The position numbers were made by a program, and so were the translations under genes. Of a stretch of 64,000 bases of DNA, positions 11,219-23,500 are shown piece after piece (position 1 is the stretch's first letter; every line of letters begins with the position of its first letter). This DNA is from Podarcis tiliguerta (taxonomy: Eukaryota). Location of the stretch: assembly GCA_965153285.1 (NCBI GenBank), contig OZ229115.1; one strand, given 5' to 3'. The notes under the pieces were generated by a model that was not told the origin of the DNA, searched no databases, and saw nothing but the letters and a program-made list of their open reading frames with translations.

Positions 11219-12361
11219 AAATAATTGCACACTAAATAATTGTGTGCACTGAATGACTTCCACAAGTGCAACAGTGTTCCCTTTCTTCCCATTGCATGCC
11301 CCCCATGTGCTCTTGACATTTCTGCAACCTGGCAGTGTGTGCAATGATTTGGTTAGATACGGCCCATTCTTTTCTGTAACAATAATGGTGAAACTCTTGC
11401 CGCAGGAGCTAGAAAACTGCAGCCATGTGTGAGACAGAGGATGGCACAAGAGCTTGAAGATGCAAGAGAATTTCAGAAATAGGTTTCATGCTTTTCTTAT
11501 ACCCATACCACTTGCCTGTTTTTTGGTAAGTTTGCTGCAGAATAAATGAGTAAGAAGCTAGATGGGCTTCTGCAAACCTTAGTTTGCAAAGGGCAGAGGA
11601 AGGTATCTGCATCATACTCTGCATTCTGTTGTTCTCAAACTAAATCAAACTGCTCAAGCCTTGGAGTGTACTTTAGGTAAAACCTACTGGAAACAACAAA
11701 GGATAAAAAATCGATTCACAAATGCTACCTTTAAAGTCACATTTGGCATTAGTAGAGGGGAAATGTGCCCAACCAACTAATGCAGTTACAGCTGAGGTTT
11801 AATCTCTTGCTGGCTGCCTTTACTTATAAAAGGCTTTTAATCTTACTCAACTTTGTCACCACTAGTTTTAGCAGGGAAAGAAAACAGTCTGTTTTGTTAA
11901 TACTCTCTTTCTCAGGCCAAATGATCCTTCCACCAATTAGTTGCAAAGACAGTGGCCTCCCCATGCTGTGGTAGTTTGGCCCTCTGACCAATCTAATCTC
12001 AGTAGAAGTATAGTATGCCCAAGTATCAGCACAAACTTCCTTTTTGTGAACAAGCAGAAAGCCTTGGTTGATCATAGTGCTTGGTTATGCCCAAATGGCT
12101 TCCAAACAAGCCAAAATATGGAATTAAAGGTTTTAAGTTTGCTTATATATCTTAGCTTGTTTGGCAGCTATTAACCATTTGTTCATAGTGGGAACAGGAA
12201 ACCATGCTTAACTAGGATTTCCTGGCTTGTTTCACAGCTCACACAAAGGAAGGAGCAAAGCTTCCATGTGTGGGTGCCTGACACTCCTGCATATTGCAGC
12301 TTAGAATTTATTGTCATAGCACAATTATCAAGCAAACTTGGTATACAACTAAATCAGTACA

Positions 12362-12466
12362 GCAGGTGTGAGAAACCTGTCGCTCTCCAGATGTTACTGA
12401 ACTACAACTCCCATCAGCCCCCACAAGTGTGGCCAGTGATGAAGAGCCAAAGGCTCCCCACATCTG
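12362..12466. mobile_element. Deleted hAT MITE of the actacaactcccatc family
   Basis: Similarity to 9638-9770 and 62438-62573. Confidence 0.6.
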
Positions 12467-15400
12467 CAGTACAGATCAGCCATAAGTTCTAAATCTATCC
12501 AGTATTTCTTACTGTTCCCCCCACCCAAATATATTTATACATTAAGCTTCTCTATCTTTTTCTTCCGCTTGAATTTACTTGAATTTACTTTGCTTTTGCT
12601 TTTCTAACTTCTGTTTTCTGCTTCTAAAACTGATGGTACATTTTAATTCACTGGTTGCCACTTATTGCTAATATTCCTAATTGATGGTGATCTGTGGGTT
12701 TCAGCTACAAAGGAGTTGTACGGGGAAAAGAGCAGAACATATTAATCTACCACTTTTGCCTGAACTGGTGCCATAACGCCCACTGCCAACACTGGTGTAC
12801 TATAGCCTTTTGGGCTAGCCCTGCATGTGTTACAAGAGGTTGTTATAGCTGCTAGTCCTCAGAAGTCCTGTTCACATATGTAGCGGAGCCAAGCATTCAG
12901 GACAAGTTCATTCAGGACAATTATAAAAGTATTTAATATAACTTGATTTGTTGACATAAGATGTTGTGATGACTATTGGGTTAAATGACTAAAAAAAGAT
13001 TACGGTATACCAAATACATGAAATAGGCCAGAAGCAGTATGCGCCTGAATACCTGTTGTGTTGGGGAGGATACTGTTTATGCATTGCTTCTTGATTTTAT
13101 GGAAATGTGACTTGACCACTGTGGGAAACAGAATGATGACACTTTAGTTCAAAGCACAGCTTGGATGAAAGATCAGGACGAAAGTGGGGGGTGTATTTTC
13201 TAAGCCGCATATTGTTGGGTACTTGGAAATAGAAACAGCTTCTTGGGGGGGGGGGTCTGAATTCCACACAACAAATAAATAGTAACTGTGTCTTTGTAGC
13301 ATGAAATACTATAAAAGGAACCTCTGTGAAATCAGACATTTACCAAAGAAGCAGACTATCGCATCCTTTAAAAGTTGCACAAGAAATGCAACTGTTTCAC
13401 TGGATTTCATACTGCTCAAGCATTATTCTCGCCCTTATGCTAGCGCAGCAGCTCTTGCTTTGGCGGTCAGAGGATGCTGAATCCAGGCTAGAGCTTTCTT
13501 CCTTAGCTCTGTCTTTTCAATCACAAAAGTAGATTTATTTGTTTTTATTCTGAAAGCAAATTGGGAAACAGTTTACAAAAACTGACAAAGAAAACATTCA
13601 AATACTTTAAACTAGATTCATCTTTGGTTACTTATTTCAGTTCCAGTAAAACATACTGCTGCTGTAGTTCAGGAAAAAAGTCAGACCAAGTAAAACATAA
13701 AAACCAATATTTGCCTTCTTTACACATCCATAAATATCTGCAGTATTAGAAAAATGTTTCGTAAAGATTCTTTTCTGGCAGTGTTAAATTATACACAGGC
13801 TACAGACTTTTTTCCTAAGATTTAATGACAAAGTTTAGCTATTTACAGACTGCAAATATTAAGACATAAAATTCCTTCATAAATATGAAAATAGACCTTG
13901 CAAAGATCTTTAAACCTTAATCAAATATTTGGCTGCCCCCAAAGGTTATTTTTGCATAGAAATGTAGTGACATGCAGTATAAACAGCAGCATTAAGTGCA
14001 AAGAGGAATTATTCAAGTGTCTGTAGTTAAACTGGCAAGAAACACCAGTGTTCTTGGACAAGATACAGCAACCAAGAATAACCTATCATACTCCTGTCTT
14101 CTGCTGGGGTAGCAATTTGTTACATACAATTATACACAGTCATCTTTCACCAATCAGTCACAAGTATTGCTGCTATTACGTGTTTAATAAATGCAACATA
14201 GAAAGATTGAGTGAATTAAAAACAGATTGGGGATCTTAGATGGGTCTGCAGGTCGCTTGTAAGAAAGCAAGATGCATCTGTCAGCAAATCAAAAACATGA
14301 TAAAAGCAAAATTCACTATTGTATTTGTACAAAGCACTGCCACTGTCTTGCCACAATCTGTATTCATTACAGCTAATGGCCAACAGCTGCTCTGCAATAC
14401 TGGCTCTAGACTGCATACCCAGAAGGCCTTATGGCCAGGGGCTCTTACATGTTGTAAAAGTGGATAGCATACATTTAATTTTAGCCACACAATGACCAAG
14501 GAATTGCTTCCACCAAGCTCCTTCAAAAAGAACTCCATTACAGTGTGGGCTGGAGAAATGTCATGCTTTCTGTACCAGGATAAGAGACTAAAGCCTTGCA
14601 CTAGCATTCTGCTAAGAATGCAGAGCAGCCATATAAGCAGCGACCCTCTCCCCCAGCTCAAGAAAGAATACCACATCTGATAGGTTGTTTGCAGAAAAAC
14701 TGCATGAAAGCAGGAAAAACATAGATGAAGCAAAATTAGAGAGGCCACTTGTTTAAATCTTCACAAAACAGTAAGAGCACAAGTCAAACATCTAAAGGCT
14801 ACAGGGTTCTAGGAGCTCACACATCAACCACAGACCAGAGTAGGCAGAAGTGTGGACTCCTTTCATGGCCTCTAAAGCAGACTCCAGTGCTCAGTTCTTT
14901 CAGTATCCATGCACTGATCAAGAGTAAATGCTTCTTCCTTGGAGGAACAAAATGTTACTATATCCTAAGTGTGCAGTGAGATGGTAACACATTTATTTTT
15001 CACTGTCTTTAAAAAAATGCATGCAAAAAAATAGCTGTGGGGAGTTCTCTGGAAGGAACTTGACAAGGGCTCCTATATAAATAAGCATAGATTGCAAAAA
15101 GATGTTGCTGCTGTTAAGGTTGCAACAAGCAACTCTTGGGCAAAATATTGTTACCTGTTTTTCAAATATTTCCATATCTGTGATCCCCAAGTTATTGCTT
15201 GATACTTTTTGTGGACTTTCACCGTTTTTATGGTTCCTTTTTGAGGGGTTAATAAGAGAGGACATCTACACACATCAGGAAGCAGCACTGCTTTTTTATT
15301 TCTTCCCCACAGGGGAGTTCTCATTAGCCTATTATATTAAAATAAGGGACTAGAATCAAGACTTGGGACTCCAATCCCTCTTATTCAGCACATACTAACT

Positions 15401-16571
15401 TCTCTCTACTTTGAGCATTGTGCTGGACTTGATACTCAGAAAGAGAGACCAGTAAGGACTGGAAGTACTATTTCTGCAGCTACAGTCAGAGTCTAGTGAA
15501 CAAGCATCCCTCTTCCAATGGAGGAATCTCAGGTGAGGTACTTTTAAGTTATACAAAATGCAAATGCAGACCAAGTTTCCATATGTGCACACATCTGTTC
15601 AGAGTGTGAGACTGACCCATATGGAGAGGCTAATTGAAGAGTTGCACAAAGAGCTGAACAGAGCTGGATTTTAAGAGAATGCTGATGTGGAAGGGCTGGC
15701 TTATTTTTTAAGAGCTCTCATGTCAAACACTTGGATGGTTATATACTTAATTTCTTCTACAATATAGAATTGGAGATACTGAAGAGTTACAAACACACAG
15801 CTGTTCATCCTCTTTGTGCACTTCAAATTTACTGAATAGGCATTTGGTTGCACAGCACCTATTATTGCTTAAGGAAAATGGGATCGACCTCTTTCTTGGT
15901 CATGGTATTAAGGTGACCAAAGGAAGTAATAATTGGACAAGGAATGCTTGAAATAGGAATCTGAGCTGTTTGCTTCCAGTGTTTGAAACTGGATTGGAAG
16001 AGGTAGGAAATTTAACTCCAGCAGTCAAGTCTGACTTTCTTCAGTGGAAGTTTGGGTTTCAGGCCAGCACTATGAACCTGTCATTATAACAGAGGTACAG
16101 GATGCTACCACCTTATCTATCTATGTTGTCCCAGCATTGCCAGTTTCCATCTTGTTATACTCAATAAGAGGTCATTTATACCTGCTCAGCAGCTCTCAAG
16201 AAGGGACACAAAAAGAGTTTTATAGATTTTTTTAAAGGATGCTGCCAAGTTTGGAAGAATTTCTTCAATGGGATCTAAACTGTGTACACAGACAGAAAAT
16301 GGCTTCTAAGTAGAGGCAAGCCTAGGATCCCAAATTTATGGCCCTGCATTGATCCAGGCATTCCATGGAGATATTGTTCTCACCTTCTGCCTGCAGTAGC
16401 TGCCTCCTGAGGTACGGTAAGGGATTATGATCTCTCGCACACTGACATACATGCTGTCTCTCCAAATGGACTGGTCTGGTTGCTACACTTTGCTAGAGTA
16501 TTCTGAAATAAAAAAATTAAAAAAGCAAAGAAGTTGGGAGGAATATGCCACCATGGTATCATGGCTGAACT

Positions 16572-17578
16572 TTAAATGTCACATTTTGATTGCTCGCATA
16601 CTGATGCTGGTGCATCTGAAGATGGCAGAGAAACAAGATTTGAGATGTCACTATCCACTGCCTCAAAAAGAGAGGCTTCTCTGCCAGACTGTGGGGGAGG
16701 GTTAACACTGAACAATAGTTTGGAAGACTCCGACCTAGTGGAAGGCATGTTCCTTTGAGTTTCATCTTCAACTTCCATATCTTCAGAGGAGATGCAGCTC
16801 ATAAACATCTCTGAGGATCTACTATCTGAATGGTCTAAATTATGTGCCAAGATACCATCTACATTCTGGGCAACTTGCCCCCTGGGCTTTCCGAGTTCTA
16901 CTTCCTTAGCAAAATTTACAGGGCAGTACCCATTTTCATCTTGGGGCTCCAGTCCATCAGAATAGTCCATTTCTTCCTCCTGCAGAAGAGGAGAAGGCGA
17001 GTCCTGCCTATGATGTTTGGCCTGAAAAGGAGGAATCTCAGACACTCCATATTGACTGCTGCTCAGTAGCTTCTGCCGCACTTCAGCCCCCAGCTGGCTG
17101 GGATCGCACCTACTAATGGTTGAAGAGAGATCCCCAAATGTTCTATTATCTTTATGCACAAATTCAAGAGATCCTGGAAGTGATCTGCTCCGTCTTACAG
17201 GAAGGAAAGAGGAGTCCAGCCAGTCAGTGTTAGAAGTCTGCCGGAATGGGGTCTGGTTCATCTTTAGACATTCTTCTGCCTCCGGGGAGTGCAAGTCAAA
17301 TACAAGTGATATCACAGATTTGCTTGGCAAATCAAAAAATTTGACCTTTCCACCTTTCAAGTCTTCCCTAGAATTGAAAGGGTTGACTTTCCGGTTTGCC
17401 CCTTTGCTTGGTGTATAGTAGGGGTCCTGAACATTTATCTTGCGGCAAGGTTTGCGAGAGAATATGTCTGACTGACTGCGCGATAGCCAGATATTGCGCC
17501 GTGGACGGGGTGATTTAGGTGGAATCTTGTCATCCAGTGAACTTAGCCTTTTTACTCCTTGTCCCCTCTCCAGTAAAC
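16572..17578 (-). CDS. TESK2: TESK2 last coding exon
   Basis: (G)[42 protein letters not shown]...KCDI*; ttctag acceptor at 17579-17580. Confidence 0.95.
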
Positions 17579-20500
17579 CTAGAATGGAGAGAAAAAGAAA
17601 ACCAGACTTAAAGGATGTTGCTAGTGACAGGATTAGAATGATACAGAAAAAGATCACCAGTGTACATATGACATTCTGTTCAGTCTTCCACAAAACCCCA
17701 CACCTTGGAAATGTATGGACTCACATGGAATTCTGTATCAATTGAGATCCAAATAATTTTTTATTCAGCTAAGTAGGAAGTAAAGGTCTAGTATAGAATA
17801 TTAGTACTAATAAATAGTGTTTAAAGTAATCTAAGGATTGATATGATCCCTAACTCCTCATGTTCATCCAAAATCATTTCTCTAAGTCAACATTTTACTG
17901 CTTTGAGCTTCATTCTGCTTAGACCATTTTGAGGGGAATGAAGTACCAATTGTTAAAGACTGAAGACAGAATAACAAGTCTTATCTCTATTACATGTGGG
18001 CAAGTATTTTCAAAGGCCAACATAACAGGAGATATAGCCTTCCCATTCTATTATTGTGCTCTGTGCACTAGCAGATTGTTCCCAAGAACAAGAGTTGAGG
18101 ACAGCCACCATTTCATGAGACTATAAGACAAATTCATGCTACTAAAGGCTGATGTTTTCAACGTGAGGTTTCCTTAGAGCAAAGACACCCCTGTGCTTTG
18201 AAAGGTGAAGGCAAACAATAATACCTCCCTCTGGAAGTGAAGAGGTTATATTCCACATCAGCTTTGAAACAGCACATAGTCCAGTGCAGAAACTATGACA
18301 CACAGCAGTTGGGCTTGGGGGTAAAATCTGTTAAATACATGTAAATAAGGCATCACTAAATAGAGCAACTGCAAATATTAAGGTCAAGTGGAAAGTAGCT
18401 GTCCCAGCCATGTAACAGCTTCCTCTCAAAACTGAGAACAGGTACCCAAATTTTGGCTGCAATTTCTCTAAGCACACCAGGGGGCAGTGTGATGCTTTAC
18501 AAGAAGGTACAATCCAATCCTAACACCAACGCTTCCTATGTTTTATTATGTTAAACATACATATTTCTGGGTACATTAAAGGATTTGCAATTAACCAGCA
18601 CTGATACAGAAACCTTTTGAACACGTTTCAGGGTCCACATGTATCTCCCAGATATGAAAGCGCTTCCTCATTTGCACAATGCCAAGTACAGCTCTCCTCA
18701 CATGTCTCCAGTGCCCTTAATATTGCAAAGAATGAAGAACCCAATGTACTCTGGATCAAGCTGACAGCGGCTATCGCTGTTCAAATGAAGGCACTTTTCC
18801 GTACAGTCCTCAATCCTTATTGTGTGGGGTAATGACACCTATGGCCCAAAACAATGTATCCAGTCCCTAGATTCATTTCACTCGCAGTTTCCACAAACCA
18901 ACTTGCAGCAGTAGTCTTCAAAGCTGCAAGAATTCAAACTGATCTGATACAGTCTCTAGGAAATACTTTGCAATAAGTCAGCCTCTGGTTAAAGGTCAGA
19001 CATCCCAAGCCAACAAGGAAGAGCTTAATTTGGATGAAGTTCCTGGAATCTGTTTCACAAGGGCACAGCAGACACCAGGAGCCTTGTTTGCTTCTAAAAT
19101 TAGATATTTAAACTCCAAAAGTGCAAGCTACAGAAAAAGCTACTAACAGCTAGTAGTTACTTATGTAACAGTTTCCTTTTGAGGTCTATAGTTAGAATTT
19201 GGGTACCTACGGAGCAGGGCTTTAGAAAAAGTGGGAAATAAGAATAAAAAAGATGAATGATAAAAGTTTACATCATATTCAAATAAAATGTTCCCTTTGA
19301 AAAATAAAATAAGAGGACTAATGTCAAGCAACAAAGCATTTGTGAGAAATGGTCTTCATCTGCCATAGCCTATGATGCATAAAAAATGGGTGTCTCAGAA
19401 ATGATATTAGGGTATGGGGGAAAGTTTGTTCTCAAAGTGGCACCTCCTCTGATCCTGCAAGGATTAAGACACCAAACAAAGGATTATTTTACTCCACTAG
19501 TCAAGTTGACCCTTAATGACATTTAAGCAGAGCAATTCTAATTCACATTTACACATGGGGCGTGGCAGAGAGAAGACAAGACAACATCCTGGAGATCCAC
19601 TTGCAGAGTGTCCATCATACCAACTGTCCTGCTACTGCCACTGCAAACAGAGCAGCTTCCTTTTCTCTCCCCAACCTGAACTGACAGGGCTGGGAGAGAG
19701 TTGCACCTTTTCCATAGGCCTGTCTGGGGAAAAGGGGCTTTGGCACACACCTTATTTCCCCAACGCAACATCAATATTGAATTTTGTGATAATGCAGCTC
19801 AAGTCAAGTTTTCTAATTTAGAAATAAAAGTATTATTTCTGGTTTACATTCCCCATCAAAAATTCAAGAAAGGAACCCTCACTATAATACAATTTTTGTT
19901 ATTCTTGCTTAGTAAATCAGAGCAGCTTTGTGCTCATTCCCCTTGATTCCTACCTTTGGAAACTGAGATGGGCTTTCGATCTGTGCTGTCCAGATTTAGG
20001 AGCTTTCTTTCTCTTTCAGCCTCCTCACTTTTCAAATTCCCTAGAATTTCCTCCAGTGTCTTGCCAATGTCAGCAAATGAAGGACGTAATTTTGGGTCCA
20101 TCTATTAACAAAATAAGTGACAAGATACATCAGAGCTTAGTCATGAAGAAAAATCTGTACACATAGCACTATGTTACAAAAACATGATTTTATTGGTTTT
20201 TTATAAATTAATTCTCACAGGCACCATCTTTAACGCATGTATACCTACAGGCATATTGTTATGTTACATGGAAGTAAGATTAACTGATGTTTCATTTTGA
20301 CAAAGCCATACATCTAAAGCAATGTGGAGCAGAGGAACTATAACTTTTAAAATATCCTCTTTGCTTTAAAATATCCTATTTGCATTCCAGAAATCTAACA
20401 TTAGATTGTATAGATGCCCTCTCCTCCAAGTCCCTCATGAACCATTTATCCAAGTTACCAGAGGCCTCAGTGTACTGATGTTTTGTTTTAGGAAATATGC

Positions 20501-23500
20501 TCATTCCATTCTTTTCCTTTAAATATACTCACATTGCAGCAGTTGAAGGCCAACTGGAGGAAGTTAGGGGGGCAATCTCCCACCATGTGCTGGAAAGCAT
20601 CATAATCCAACCCAAAATTCTGCAAGTAGAGGTGGAAAAAGAAAAGGAAGGGAAAAGTTAACAATTGAGGCACAAGAGAGATACAGGGAGGAAACATGTG
20701 CTAGACGAGGAAATGAGGAAATCATGAAGACAGTGTTACATGGCAAAGCATGAAAGGAAATTACAGATAATAATTCTCTACTTAAGCAATACAATGAATT
20801 ACATATATAGGTTATTCCCCATACAAGCAGCACACCAAATCACATCTATTAGTGCTCTAACACAAATGCAAGGTTCCTATGTAGATATGAGCAATGGCAA
20901 GGGGAAAGGGTAATTTCTTCTTGTCTCAGTTTGTGCCTTGATCTTGTATGGACACTGAGGTACACCTACTGTCTCCTAAACATTCTGCCATATGAGCTGA
21001 ATTTATCAGCTCATATAACCTGACATTCCTAACTGTACAATGTCTAGCCATCTACAGCTTAAAATGCATAAATAAACTGCATAATGTATCTGTGATGAAG
21101 TAGGAAAACTTTCAACTTGCATCATAATCCATCTAGTTTTGCAATAACTTTGGCATGGACTACTTTAAGAGTTGGTAATTTCATAAATTCTCTCCAAGGC
21201 AAGATGACTGCCTCAAAAACCCCCCTTCTCTTGCAAAGAGAAGACATTTTCTACACTTTCAGTTTGAGAATATTTCATAGGAAGCTGCCTTAAGCCAGGT
21301 CAGGCTACTTGCAATTTGGCCAAGCATCATCTACTTCAGCTAGCAGCAATTCTCAAGTGTCACCTGCAGAGGTCTATCACATGAGTGCCTACTAAGTCTT
21401 TTTAACTGGAGATGCTTGGGGTTGAACCTGGAACTTTCTGCATAGGTAGGATAGGACATGACAACTTCTCTCTTATCCTGCTCACTGAGGTAGTGAGGCA
21501 ACTCGCCAATACCAAAATGTATTTCTAATTTAGAAGAGAAGGATTCCTATGCAGATAGTCCTCTTTCAGTGAATAAGGTACCATCAATAACCTGCTTTGG
21601 GTTATACCAGTCAGATATTATAGAAGCTCATGACTAATTCCTGATATAGCACTCACCTGCAAAGTATAATTATGTGCTTTAAATGGGGAAGGAGTGGAGA
21701 GAAGGGGTTAGTGCCAGTCTCTGCATGCTACTGTAGCAGAGGATGAATGCTTTCTTAGAAGACTTATACAGCGGTCATTCATCATGTGTTCAGCAACTCT
21801 GCAAACATTAATGACCCAGCGAAATTCTTGAGGATTCCTCCCCTTTCCAGTCCTTGTTAATGCACTCTGCTTACCTCTGTGCGAGGGAGATAGTCTGGAT
21901 CTGCCTGGATCCTTGCTATAATCTCACAAAGAATGATGCCATACGAGAATACATCCGCCTGAGGAGGGGTGGAGGGGGAGAAAGAAAACATGACCACAAC
22001 TTTATTACAAGCACTCCTATGCTGCCTGATCTGGTAGGGTCTCCCGTCCCTGTTCACATGACAAAAGTGTCCTCTATGGTGTTCACGTTTTTTTACTTTC
22101 CAACATTTGCCAAAGTTCTAGGTCAAGCAATTAAAACCTAGGCCTGCAGAGTGGCAGTCTCACTTCCTTCTCCTAAGGGATAATGCATAAAAGCGTGTTC
22201 ATTGAACAGGTATCTTAGGACCCAGAGATGTACCTGTAAACAGGGCTCAATGTGGACTTTTCAACTTTGAGGTGATCTCCGCTTCCCCATCTCTGCTGCT
22301 CAATGCATGTGTGCAAGCCCCAGATCAAGGTCCAATTGGCTGTTTCCCTTTCCCTTCCATGCTTCAGGTAGGCTGCCCAATTTGTTTTGTTATATGATCA
22401 AGTGTATATTTACTACACTTTATAAAAAAATGGCTAACCTTTATTGACTCTTAAAACTGCTCTGAGAAGATGTGACTATGGTTGAGGCCAGCTAATCAGT
22501 ACTGTGCAAAACTGGCTTTTGTTGCAAACCAGAATAACATATTTAAGCTCAGTCTGGGAGAGCCTGGACAAAAATGTGGTGTGCTAAAAAATAATGTACA
22601 TCTAATGTACATGTATCCCACTGCCCACTCCAAACAAGGAAAATCAGAAAATGTTGCAGTATTAATTGGGAGAGAGAGCTCATCCAAACAATTACCAAAT
22701 GTATTTAGAGCTACAGAAAATACTACTCACAGGAAAGAGAAAGTACATAACACATTGCTGTGCAATATTCAAAACAAAACAGCATGTGTATGACTAGAGA
22801 AAACAACCTCCCCTATAGCATAACATACCTATCATATGAGATAATTCAGCTAGGTACTTGCAGGCACAGGGTTTCATATGATTTATGCTGTGCTGCTTTT
22901 TACTTGCTTATCTAGAAGCATTTATTGCCATAATAAAACTGTAAAGGTTGAGAAACCCATTTTTTGCTACTCTGAAAATTAAGAAAAACAGAAACCTTGG
23001 ATATTTATTCTACTTAATGAAATAAAAAGTGCTGTTGTTTCATTCAAATGGGATCTATAGTAATCCACAGAACTCTGAAATCATGTTCAGGAAGGAGCAG
23101 ATTCCAATTGAATTTTCTACGTAGGACCCATTCAGCTAAACGCATTAATTACTATCATGTTAGAACAGCTTTAAAGCTACAGATGCTCACAAGTCCCCCA
23201 CCCCCAACTATGCCAGGCAACCAGCAACCCAGTATCTATTAACTAATGTATAATTAAAGAAGACCAACCTTTTCATTATATGGCTCATCTCTCAGCACTT
23301 CAGGTGCCATCCAGTAAGGAGAGCCCACCACTGGTAGTTTCTCACTTTAAACATTTGAAGAGAGAGGTGGTTAGAAGCTGGCAAATTAAGCATTTCTTTG
23401 CAACTCCTTTCACTTTCAGCATGGGAACAAGTACAAGCTGTTCTCTTGCCATTCATATTGATTCTATTTGTCTGGACAACAGAAGGTGATGGAGAGAGCA

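Noticed and set aside
13133-13260. ATGATGA...CTGA pair resembling a C/D snoRNA
   Set aside because: Not in a sense intron, no terminal stem and no recognisable guide sequence.
22240-22380. TCAAGGTCC and CCAAT motifs suggesting an internal enhancer
   Set aside because: Short motifs expected by chance; no independent support from the sequence.
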